Shown here: positions 1-10,123 of the stretch, piece after piece | Layout: each line of letters opens with the position of its first letter | Position numbering within the stretch: the stretch's first letter is position 1 | Assembly (NCBI GenBank): GCA_002633005.1 | Contig: NMRA01000563.1 | Location: 210,104 to 274,103, forward strand | From: Phoronis australis | Taxonomy: Eukaryota > Animalia > Phoronida | Length of the DNA: 64,000 bases | Reading direction: 5' to 3' | Notes under the pieces: generated by a model | The model's input: the letters and a program-made list of their open reading frames with translations, nothing else | Told to the model about the DNA's origin: nothing | The model's database searches: none | Translations under genes and position numbers: made by a program

Positions 1-39
1 ACAAACTCCAATTGTCGCTTACGACTTTCCAGACCAAAA

Positions 40-182
40 CATGAACGGTGCAGCACTGAAAAGTGGGGGGCTAAAGCCCCCTCGGCCCCCCTGTGGTGCA
101 CCGCCTACAGACCATGTGCGACCTAGCACTGAAAAAAGTGGGGGCTATAGCCCCCCCAGACCCCTATGATGCGCCGCCCATG
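40..182 (+). mobile_element. Two tandem copies of a ~70-bp mini element with a GGGGGCTATAGCCCCC hairpin
   Basis: Copies at ~40-108 and ~113-182 share gcactgaaaa(aa)gtgggggcta(t/a)agccccc...tggtgc; a third, inverted copy is at 2963-3032. Confidence 0.65.
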
Positions 183-230
183 CAAAACTCATGTCGTAAC
201 ACTTGCCTCACCTTCCGAATGGTTGTATAA

Positions 231-653
231 AGTGCTGTTTACACTTACAAAGTTGACACGGATCAGCTGAGACGGAACGAGTTGTGCCAGTGTGTAAACA
301 GACTGACACGGAGCTAATTGACACCGCGGTGACAAATTTTTGCCACCCGTTTGTGAGGTAGAGCAATGTGCGCCAGAACATCTTGCGCCGTGTCAATTAT
401 AAGTCTAAACGCGAAACTGGAGCAAGGCGGAAAGGATCATCTCTACTGCGCTTGTGCAATGAACTTCATACGGGTTCATTGTCTCTGCAACTCTCGTCAT
501 TTGTAAACCTGCGCATGTGCGATTCAGTCTCTCCAGCCTGCAATTTGCGTCTTGCCACGGTTAGTGAGTTGTGTGTGTAAACGGCCGCTTGACACGGGTC
601 AATTTGCTCGGTTTCAGTTGCGCCGGGCCAAAAGTTGATGTCTAAATGGGACT
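231..653. mobile_element. PIF/Harbinger-like MITE
   Basis: Degenerate TIRs agtgctgtttacac / gtctaaatgggact flanked by TAA on both sides; internal tgacacgg and cagctga motifs are shared with 49152-49596 and 62927-63324. Confidence 0.6.
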
Positions 654-754
654 TAAGACAGTCTTACTCGAAGTTGTATAGTGAGTTCCCAATCACGTGA
701 TCATTACTAGGTTACGGTCATAACGCAGCCATATTGGTTGACGGTGAAACCACA

Positions 755-970
755 ATGGCGGCGAGTAAAAAGCGAGACAAAGGCAGAGATTATTTTGATA
801 CATTAACAGGCGATGCAAAGCAGAGAAGATCGGAGACATAGGCAGATACCCATACTTAATTCCCAAGGCGGAACTTAGCACCGATGAAGCGGTTTTTCCG
901 AGCGTCACGAATCCAGACATTGTTATATACCTGTAGTATGCTCCCAGTCCGCATTCACGCGAGGAGTTAA
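755..970 (+). pseudogene. N-terminal relic of an ISL2EU-type SWIM/YqaJ exonuclease ORF
   Basis: MAASKKRDKGRDYFDTLTGDAKQR/KIGDIGRYPYLIP...FPSVTNPDIVIYL*YAPSPHSREEL(K), with one frameshift and one stop. It matches the Y...L...RY.EK...DPY...P.V.YPDI.NYL..PS.YT.E.LK pattern of this family and continues as KVFK after the Kolobok insertion (from 2465). Confidence 0.65.
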
Positions 971-1303
971 AGGCGAAGGCAACCTTTTTTCATGTCATTT
1001 TGAGCAAAAACAAAGTTCTTTGGTTATCCTAGACATATTTTTCACTAAATTACAGGTTTTCGTAAATTAATTAATTACTCGTCCTCTACTCCGGAAGTGA
1101 CGTTTTGGGAGGCAAGAATTTCGCACCCGAATTTGGTTCTGCGTTGAGTTTACTGTGAGGATCTGTACTACTTTTGTTGTCGTGCTGTTTTTTAAAATTG
1201 TCGTCACCACTTCCCATAGAGGAGTATGTTGCGACAAGCTAGGTTGTTAGAGAAGTCAATTACGTTGGATTTAGGGATTGTTTAGTTTGTGTTAATTTGA
1301 CGG

Positions 1304-1450
1304 GCTGGAGTCGGTGACCCATATCACAGTGACAGTAGTGACGTGAGTAATGGAGACATTGTTCATAGCAGTGGTGACGAGGAATTTTTTCACGGACAGT
1401 CAGTGGGTGGGTATAAGTTTGAGCCCGAGTATAATGAGGCGCGAGTACGC
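1304..1450 (+). pseudogene. Possible KolX (second Kolobok ORF) N-terminal relic
   Basis: Acidic/Ser leader (DPYHSDSSDVSNGD...SGDEEFF) followed by GYKFEPEY, resembling the Y.FEP motif of KolX/nanor/P2X7-ballast-like proteins; convergent with the transposase relic. Confidence 0.5.
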
Positions 1451-1454
1451 ACAG

Positions 1455-2196
1455 GCACAACTGTCCCACTTGCCCGAGTGTCCCGCGACACACTTCCACT
1501 GAGCACCCAAACTGCTTACATCCGCCGTGTGACTCTCTCGCCACACACATGGCACCTTCTAGAAGTAGCTACAATACCTTAGACAAGTCCGCAATAAACT
1601 TATCAAAGTTTAGCTCACCGATCTGTTCACTGGACGACCAACTGTCCTCTTTACTGGGTACCGAACTGGGCCTCTATTCACTCCCACTACTCAATATCGC
1701 TGCAGGGCTGCTTACAGGCTCTGGGCTAGAGACAACAGCACAGGGCGAATCACTGCTAGTCCCGGAATTGCACGCTCTGGGGCTACGTTTGGAGGCACGG
1801 GTGACAGTAGATGAAGTGCCTCCAGTCACTGTAGTGGCTACAGCTCGCGAGGCTTCTCGCTTCAAAAGTGCACTTCTCTGGGGGGGCGACGGAGCACTGC
1901 CAGGAATCAACCGCGACGGTATGGCACCCTTCATCAGGCTTCGTTTCGCAGGTACCTTCATCAAGTCAGCGTACATATCTCCCTCGTTATCTGACGACAG
2001 AAAATGGTTGCCACACACTAGGTAACCCTCCACTGCTTCGAACGTTGCGTGGACGGGTAACGGTGCGTTACCCGAACGGGCCAAGTACTGACGGCGAAGT
2101 GTGTCATCCTTCGGAAAGCGATGCAAAGCCGGGTATTCCCAAAGCGCGCGTGAGACGATAATGAGTACATCCCGGGACGCAGCAACAGTGTGGCAT
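1455..2196 (-). pseudogene. Kolobok transposase N-terminal relic with THAP domain
   Basis: ATG at 2196: MPHCCCVPGCTHY /frameshift/ LHRFPKDDTLRRQYL...VCGNHF...LMKGAIPS (THAP C2CH, FP and AIP boxes), a Ser-rich linker, then KFIADLSKVL*LL...C...C...V..GT..VGQLC, resembling the Kolobok zinc-finger region. The DDE domain is absent. Confidence 0.8.
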
Positions 2197-2741
2197 GTTG
2201 ACTGACTCGTAAACAAAAACAAACAACGACCGGACATATCACAACTAAGGTAGACCAATGACTGACTCTTCAGCTCTCACATTCAGACCAAATGAAAAGA
2301 AATTGGCGCGAAATTCTTGCCTCCCAAAACGTCACTTCCGGAGTAAAGACAGGCAATTAAATAAATTACGAAAAGCTGTAATTAAGTGAAAAATATGTTT
2401 AGGATAATCAACGAACCTTATTTTTGTTGAAAATGACATAAAAAAAGGTTGCCTTCGCCTTTAAAGGTCTTTAAAATGCGTAATATTAATAAAATAATGT
2501 TGATTTTTATGTATTTGTCGTCAAAACGAAATAATCCTTTTCCATATGACCAACTTCAAACAGCACGACCATAACAGACTGACTCAAATGTTTTGAGTCT
2601 GTTTACAACTAGGTAACCTATCTGACAAGTTCGCTCACCCTCAGACCACACTACAGGGTAACAGAAATACTCCAGCGAAAACAAGCACAAAGTCAAAGGA
2701 GAATTGGTATAATTTAAAAAAAAATAATAAAAATTCCTCAC

Positions 2742-2958
2742 CATTCACGAAGCGATCGGAGCAAACACGAGTGAACTCGCAACTGCTTGGTTTGATATCG
2801 GATCTAGCAATGTTTGAGAACCACTCTTGCCAACTTTCTTTCGTTGATTCGTGCGTTTTACCACCTTGGGTTTTAATAATTTTGGGCACCCTGAAAAACG
2901 ATTTCTTGTCCCTGCCAGCTCTGTTGGAACAACCGAAAACAGCACAACAAGTAGGCAT
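2742..2958 (-). pseudogene. THAP-domain first exon of an ISL2EU/Harbinger-clade transposase
   Basis: MPTCCAVFGCSNRAGRDKKSFFRVPKII...EWFSNIARSD...RVCSDRFVNG followed by a G|GTGAGG donor; the zinc-ligand His is replaced by Arg. Confidence 0.8.
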
Positions 2959-2962
2959 ATTT

Positions 2963-3032
2963 CATAAGCGGTGCACCATAGGGGGCTGGGGGGCTATAGC
3001 CCCCCACTTTTTTCAGTGCTGCGCCTCCCATG
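2963..3032 (-). mobile_element. Inverted copy of the ~70-bp GGGGGCTATAGCCCCC mini element
   Basis: Its reverse complement matches 40-108 and 113-182. Confidence 0.65.
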
Positions 3033-3074
3033 TATCTACTAACGTAGTGACCGTAAACCCGACGTACTCAGCCC

Positions 3075-4446
3075 CACAGGCGTCCTCAGCTTCTGATCGT
3101 CCACAATGCACTATATATAATACTACAAGGTATAATTTTTCGGACTAAAAATTCCACGGGTGCTTCACTTCAGCCGCCCATAGCAAACACAAAGGTCAAT
3201 AAATTTACACAAAACAGAGGTTCAACAAACCGTGAAGAATTGTTCTTTCTCCCAATGCCATTTACGGTATCCTGCTCCACCGAGTTCGCAAGAAATTCAC
3301 GGTCAAAGCACAAACATGTTCCCAAAAACCCACGCATCGAGCCTCCTTGGACGGTTCGAGGTCAAGGACACTATGGAATTAGGAGGCACTGAACAGTTCC
3401 CAAAGGGGTTTGCCTGTCAGAACACACGTCAATGCACTCTTCACCCTTTCTTCACTTTGTCAAAAACTGCATGCAAATGAGGAAATGTTTTGAGTCATTT
3501 CACATCACAAGCCCTACAGATGAGCACAGAAACTTTATTCTATCTTGTATTTTTGACCCTTTCCCTCCCAGTGGAAACCAAGCTGAACCAAGAAAAATGA
3601 GGGCAAAAAATGCAAAATTGGCACTTTTCACCCTAAAATCACCACTTTCCTGCCGATGCTCGACTAAAGCCAACATTAGATTCCGAAAGCAAATTTCCTA
3701 CCGATTCCAAAAATGTGGTCCAAAAGTACTGTCAACCAACTAGTTTTTTTTGCAAATCTGGCTTGTTTGAGGGCTACCTGAAATCGCGGCCAATTTCTCA
3801 GCTGCTACACAGCAATGCACAACTGCAACAGGGGGCCACCATCTTGAAGAAGAGTGCAGCTACAGCCGAGAAACTGGCCTTTTTTCATTCTCAGCATGTT
3901 CACAAATACAAAAAGAAAAACACATTCACTTGGCCTACACACAATACCTAACTAAAAATGCCCCCAAAACTGGCCTACCCCTAGATTTTAACATTTCGGG
4001 AGGGGCCGCGGCCGCAGCCTAACTATTCAGTGCCACCTTATCTGATGAGTTACGGATGTACGGCAATTGTCGGTTCATCACGGAAGGTTACGAATGGTCT
4101 GGCTTTATCAATGTCGTGACACTCCGTGACAAATCGGCAATTGCCGTACCGTCCTTGACCTCGAACCGTCCAAGGGGAGGCTCGATGCGTGGGCTTTTTG
4201 GGCACATTTTTGTGCTTTGACCGCGAAGTTGTTGCGATCTCGCTAGAGGAGGAAACCGCGGATGGTATTTCAAGAAAGACTAATTGCTAATGGTTTGTTG
4301 AAACTTTGTTTTGTGTAAATTTGTTTAGTTGTGTGTTTGATATGGACTGCTGAAGTGAAGCACCCGTGGAATTTCTGGTCGGGAGTGTCATACCTTGTAG
4401 TATTAAATAGTGTATTCAGGACGATCAGAAGCTGAGGACGCCTGTG
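3075..4446. mobile_element. Foldback element with ~295-bp TIRs and an 8-bp TSD (P-like termini)
   Basis: 3075-3369 is the inverted copy of 4151-4446; termini CACAGGCGTCCTCAGCTTCTGATCGTCC; perfect TSD CTCAGCCC at 3067-3074 and 4447-4454. Confidence 0.85.
3382..4037. mobile_element. Kolobok-like MITE nested in the foldback element
   Basis: TIR gg(a/t)ggcactgaa(c/t)agtt at both ends with degenerate TTA(A) flanks. Confidence 0.55.
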
Positions 4447-7400
4447 CTCAGCCCAGTGTTTGTAAACCAAGATGGCGGATCGCAATAGCGCGAGATTTAC
4501 TGCATGGGAACACAAAAAATCAGCTGTTCTACCACCGCAAAAGCAGTCCACAGTCCTTATGCCCTGAGTCTACACATTCCGACATTTTGGGATGCGATTT
4601 CGTATATCATTGTTGACTTTTATGACCAGTGAGTGGTCAAATGTTCACGACACGACTTTCTAGTTTAAGGATCACATTAACCCTAAGTTGCGATTCTTGT
4701 TGAATGAGATAGACTCCTTGAAGTTGTTAATAGGCCGGTGTCTTTAGCAATTATTCTATTAAAATACTGTTAGTAGGCCAGTGTCTTTGCCAATTATTCT
4801 ATTAAAATACTTTTACTATTTAAGTCATGGGATTTGGCTCAGCGGTGCGACTACTATTGCACAATTAGTGACTTTGTTCCTGCCCTACTGCTAATGTCTG
4901 TAAAATTACTTTTCTCGCCGAGAATGTCCCTTTAAAATGGTACACGAAGTCATACACTGCAATCGGATTGTGTAACTTTTAAATTTTATAATATTATCAG
5001 CAGGAAAACCTAATGTCTCTTGCTGTCATTGATCAAAGATTGCCGTCACCCGGTACTATCCCTTGCTTTACGCCGCGTTAAGATGACCCCGGACGATTCT
5101 GGTTTAATGACGAGTAACAACGTGCGGAAAGAAGATGAAAGTAGACATTCTGTCGATAATTACATTTGCAAGTCTCCTACGCTGAGTGAAATTCAACTCA
5201 AAAGACAATCGTTAAAGACGAAGGTGCGAGCCGAGATTGAACTCTAATATCGGAGACGTTGGATTGTACATGCCATAGGCGGATGTAGTGAGGACCGAAA
5301 AAAAAAACGCCGACTGCATGACATTTTTAGGACTGCACGAACATTCTTCCTTCGAAAATTGGGGTTGGATCCCTCCTCTGCGCCAGTGTTATGATGAAAT
5401 ACAGTTGCTTAATCATAGCTGTTTTACGAAAAAAGGAAGGCTTCAAAGTGAAAGGCGAAGTACAGCCTGCAGCTTGTCAGTGCGCTAACATATGACGGCT
5501 AAAGCACTCTTAATACATTTTATAACTCTATGATACCACGATCAAGCGTTTTAAATTTTCAATGCACTGCTACATTATATCTAACGACAGGACTTCATGC
5601 AGCTTAGACCCTAATTTCACACAATCACAAACGTGATTCATCATTCAGTTGCCGAGTGAGAACGCCAGTAGATTACTGAGCAGGCCTGTTTGTTTATCCA
5701 CAAGCGTACCTGCTCTTCGAAAACAACATTTCGTTATTTTCCTTTGTTTGAACTGAAATTACAATGAGACGCTTGTAATTGTAATGCTTCTATCATTGGA
5801 TGAAACATATGGAGAATTGCCATGCTTCTCTCATTGGCTGAAACATGAGGAGAATTTCTCGCTTACACTGGTCACCTCTCAGATTCCCTTAGTCCCAGAC
5901 AACTTTTACGATGTCTATTCAGCACGCCCTTTGTATTGATGTAGATCTGAGCTAATGAAGTGGAAAGGTAATAGCTAGCATTACTGTCTCAACATTGGTT
6001 GTTGTTAATACCCCCAATTTGGTTTTCTCTGACATTTGCAGAGTTATAGCCTGCAACTCTGGAGAGTAGTTTTAACTCATTGGTACATTATAAATATTAC
6101 AAAATGACTAAAAAGGTTATTTTGTTTTTTTCTTTACAAAGGGCCACTTCCCAAAGGAACCATATGTTTCATATTGGATTTCGTTATTTAATTTTTAATG
6201 CTTCTGCCCACTTGTTTTTTTTTTCTTACCGGGAACGGGTCGATAACTTTTTATCCAACTTGAAGTACCAAAACAGTGGTAGATTTTGATCGCGAGCGAA
6301 ACTCAATTAGTTAAGTTCATTGTGAGCCCATCCCTAAACTTTGCACATTACAGGTACACTAAACATTTCACGTGTCATTAAAGTATAATCTTTATTAGAA
6401 CTCAAATCATAAAATAGAAACAAAAGTGCAAATATGGTGATACCAAACTGAAGATTTGGAATCTCTGGACAATTTCGGTGGCACTGACCATATAACTATT
6501 CTAGCTCTTTGTCAGTAATAAAAAAATGAAAAGTGGGCAAAAGTTAAGTACAGCTGTTTCCTGGTCAAAAATCTGGTTAAACGAGATTGAAAGAATATTA
6601 AAAAATGAATCCTTGTGATATTGTTAACTCTGATCAGCGTTTGTAAATCCACCGAGTATATCAATACGCGCCGTAGTTTATCTTCAATCGTACCCAATGG
6701 TTGTAGTTTTTAGATTATTAGTTCATCGATTTTTAAAAATCGAAAACCGTACTAGGTTGTTTTTATTTCCAGCTGGGTACCGAAAATTAGTGGTTAAAGC
6801 ATTTTGAAAATTCGCCATTATGTACAGTCAGAGATGTTTAATACAGTTTATGGTCGGATAATTACATTTAATTGGGTCTTGCTTGCATCAGGCAATGCGG
6901 TCATCACCATTGCACCTGATTCCGGCGCCGCGCTCTCTTTGATCCTGGTAAAAGCCACTCAGATGGACGAGCGGTGAAAATTCCCGTATATCTTTAGAAA
7001 TGCGTGACTTCCTTGTAAGCGTATTATTCACGGTATGAACTTGACAGCCGCAATGGGCCTTGTCTGAAACAATACCAAGAGGCCAGTTCTTTTCAGTCAA
7101 CATTAAAAAACTTTTCTAATCCAAGTATTTGACAAAACGACACCGAGTTTGCAACGATATTTGACCTAAATCAAAAGTTGTTTTTATAGAAGGCGCGAAA
7201 TAACTGCATCGTTGTTGTGCTAGAACCTCTACACATTATTTAGAAGAGAACATTTTTCGAGGATACTTATCGCAGATTCAAGCCGACAGGTTACTTTACA
7301 GGTTTCATGAACTTCCCTTGTGGTTACGTTGGAATGATGCTTGCGTGGTATCAATAGATCTAAGAGGAGCTGAAGAGATTCCATGGCAACAACCCTATTT

Positions 7401-7984
7401 AAAATCTAGCTACAATCGTGGACCAGCTCTAGACCCCAGTCCGGCGGACCTGCAAACACAAAACTCGCGCTACAAATTTCCCATGCGCGCCCTTAAACTC
7501 CACATACGCGCAGTAAGTGTTCCGTACTCTGCGCAGACTCCATATCCGGAGACCAACTCCAGATCCCCACTCCAGGGTTTGGGTGATGACTCTGTAGACG
7601 GATGGTAAAAATTGATAAAGTTGGTAGATATCTCAAAACTACACTAATTTGACAATACTCATAACAATATCACTGTCGTCTCATGCTAAATGTCAGCACA
7701 CTACCTGTCCAAGTTTGTGTATCCCTGTTCCGAGAATTACCCTTCACGGCCTCATGAACAGAAGACGAACAGGACGTGTTCATTTCATGCATTGTTAGTA
7801 GTTTCCCTGTAAAAAGCTCCGCCCTCCATTTTTCTATATGTCGTTTTGGTACAGTTTTAATAAAGTGGCACTTTTGTGAAAATACGAAACAACGTGGATT
7901 TTTACCCACTTCTATTGACGTTACGGTGCTAACCTGCTAGCTCCCGGTGGAATCTATCGTTGGCCAAATTGGTGAACGTTACCA

Positions 7985-8235
7985 ACGTAACTTACGCGCG
8001 TACGTTAATTAATGTTTAAAGTGATTGTTTGCGGCGTAAAGTATCATTTAACGGCGTAAAGTAATTATTTGTAGCGTAAAGTAACTTACAGCTGCGTAAA
8101 GTTATTACTTCCGGCATAAATTAAATTTACGTGCGTAATTTACGCACGTAAATAATTAAGTTACATGGGTAAATTTACGTCGCGAATAATTACTTTACGC
8201 CACTTATAAGAATTAACACACGTAATTTACGTAAT
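7985..8235. repeat. Degenerate ~20-bp GCGTAAAGTAA repeat array with a central perfect palindrome
   Basis: Repeated gcgtaaagt(a/t)a units; atttacgtgcgtaa-t-ttacgcacgtaaat at 8125-8153. Confidence 0.65.
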
Positions 8236-8681
8236 CCTCCGAGGTTTGTGAGACATCATTCTTACTGGTTTTCCATGTGAAAAGCTTTACACCTTACTTA
8301 AGTTAAAATGAAACAAGATTGAGATTTGTCCACTTGTCCTGATTGGTGGTCGATTCAACATGAGTTATTTAAGTTGATGGACCTGAGTTTGACGAATGAT
8401 ACGGTTAAATTCAACCGAATTTTTGTATGTTGCACATCGGAACAAATCGTAGTTTTTGATCACAAGCGGTGCTGTCAAATTTTCCATATAAGGGAAATGT
8501 CTTGCCATACCAAATAAGGAGACGTCCTTTGCCTTGTGGGAGAAAAATCGACGAAGTGGCGAGCAGTTGACTAAAAGAAAATGCTTTAATATCAACAGAA
8601 ATGAAAAATCTTTACCAACAAACCCTAAAAATACCTGGTGAACGGGTTGAATTCTGTGGCAGAGAACCACTCAATCTGGTC

Positions 8682-9135
8682 TCCAAGCCTCAAGATGGCG
8701 CTGATCGTTTTAGCCATTAGAGGCTTGGTTGTGGGAAGTACATTCTACGCATTGATTGGCCACTGCCTTGACGTCGTTAAAACAAAGGCAGATTTTATTT
8801 ATTTACACAGGCGCTGTTGATGCCATTCACGAAGCAGAAGGCATTGTTTCGGTTTGTAATAAAGGTTGTTGGCGTATTTATCTTCAATTCTTTTTATTAA
8901 TAGTATCATAGAAATTAATCTGTTCTCGAATGAAAATACATCATTTTTGTAATAATTTATGCTTAAATTGCTGCAATATATTGTTAGTATCACACTGTAG
9001 AAAATTTCAATTTTGATATAACTTTATGTTACTCTTGATATTCCCTCAATTCCCGTAAAAATGGGTCAGAATTCTTCGCTTCCCATAACCAAGCCTCAAA
9101 TGGCTAAACCGATCAGCGCCATCTTGAGTCTTGGA
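8682..9135. mobile_element. MITE-like element with ~57-bp inverted ends
   Basis: 8682-8738 (tccaagcctcaagatggcgctgatcgttttagccattagaggcttggttgtgggaag) is inverted at 9079-9135; no TSD identified. Confidence 0.65.
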
Positions 9136-9183
9136 AACAATGCTAAGAACCACTTTCAATATTGCAATTTAGACTTTTTATCT

Positions 9184-9306
9184 GATAATGATGATGATGA
9201 CGACGACGATGAGGACGATGATGATAACGACGAAGACGGTGATGATTGTACGTGGTGGTGTTGGTGATGATGAAGATGATTATGTTGATAACGGTAATAA
9301 TAATAA
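9184..9306. repeat. Degenerate (GAT/GAC)n microsatellite
   Basis: Visible directly in the sequence; it produces the spurious poly-Asp and poly-Met ORFs. Confidence 0.85.
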
Positions 9307-10123
9307 ATTTAATCACATCAGTAAAACAGACGTGTTCAATGTTACGACTACTTTTATTACTGCCAGAGCTATACGCAGCATAATTACACCAAATTACTTC
9401 ACATTACCCTTTCGTTGGAAAATTGATACTTGCGCCGCAGAAGTCTGCTCTGAAAGTTCTTTGGCTAAGTTTGTAATGCGGTAGTCTTTTTATGACTTGG
9501 AGAAAATGCGGTTACCTGACAAACATCACGTTTTCAAACTTTTGAGGTAATATTATTGTCGTTATCACTGTTATCTCAAAGGCTTCTTTACGTAGTTTTC
9601 GGTTGGCGAAGTAGTTCGTATGTATGTGGTAAACAAATGTCGAGCTAAGCAACACGACATTTTAAAGATGGAATAAACCACACAAGTTCCTATGAATCAC
9701 AATTTTTGCTACTTAGTAATAGTTTTACTGAGAAATCTCTGATGAACTTTAAAAAAAACAACAACAACAAAAAAAACACTTTCGACGTGTTCCTCAATTC
9801 CTCAATTTCTACTGTCACGGCTTCATTCAAAATACCAACATTAGATTTTATACATAAGATTTAATTTTGAAATAAACTTTTTAATGAATTTCCCGACGAA
9901 TTCGTTCGACGTCTTTTAAGGCACTATAAGTACATACAATAACATCGGTACAGAAGCTGACGAATACTGTACCGTGTGACCGTTACTTCACGTATCATTT
10001 GACGTGTCTGAGTATGTGTGTTGATATTGCATTTCTTGGGTTGCTAAAGCATTGTTCAGACTGTCTGGATTGATAGCGCGTAATAATTAGACATTCAAGC
10101 AAATCAACTGCCCACCTGACAAT

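Larger units (their letters stand above)
971..2460. mobile_element. Internally deleted Kolobok transposon
   Basis: TTAA at 967-970 and 2461-2464; termini AGGCGAAGGCAACCTTTTTT; ~155-bp imperfect TIRs including ccggaagtgacgttttgggaggcaagaatttcgc; contains convergent THAP-transposase and KolX-like relics. Confidence 0.88.
680..3065. mobile_element. Internally deleted ISL2EU-like element (convergent exonuclease-ORF and THAP-transposase relics), interrupted by Kolobok and mini-element insertions
   Basis: Left end AT|AGTGAGTTCCCAATCACGTGA; subterminal ggttacggtca (710-720) is mirrored by tgaccgtaaacc (~3048-3059); the two coding relics are listed separately. The right terminus was not identified. 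Confidence 0.6.

Noticed and set aside
1549-2025. 158-aa plus-strand ORF
   Set aside because: Antisense shadow of the GC-rich Kolobok transposase relic.
9061-9484. Poly-Asp and poly-Met/Thr ORFs
   Set aside because: Translation of a (GAT/GAC)n microsatellite; no splice or homology support.
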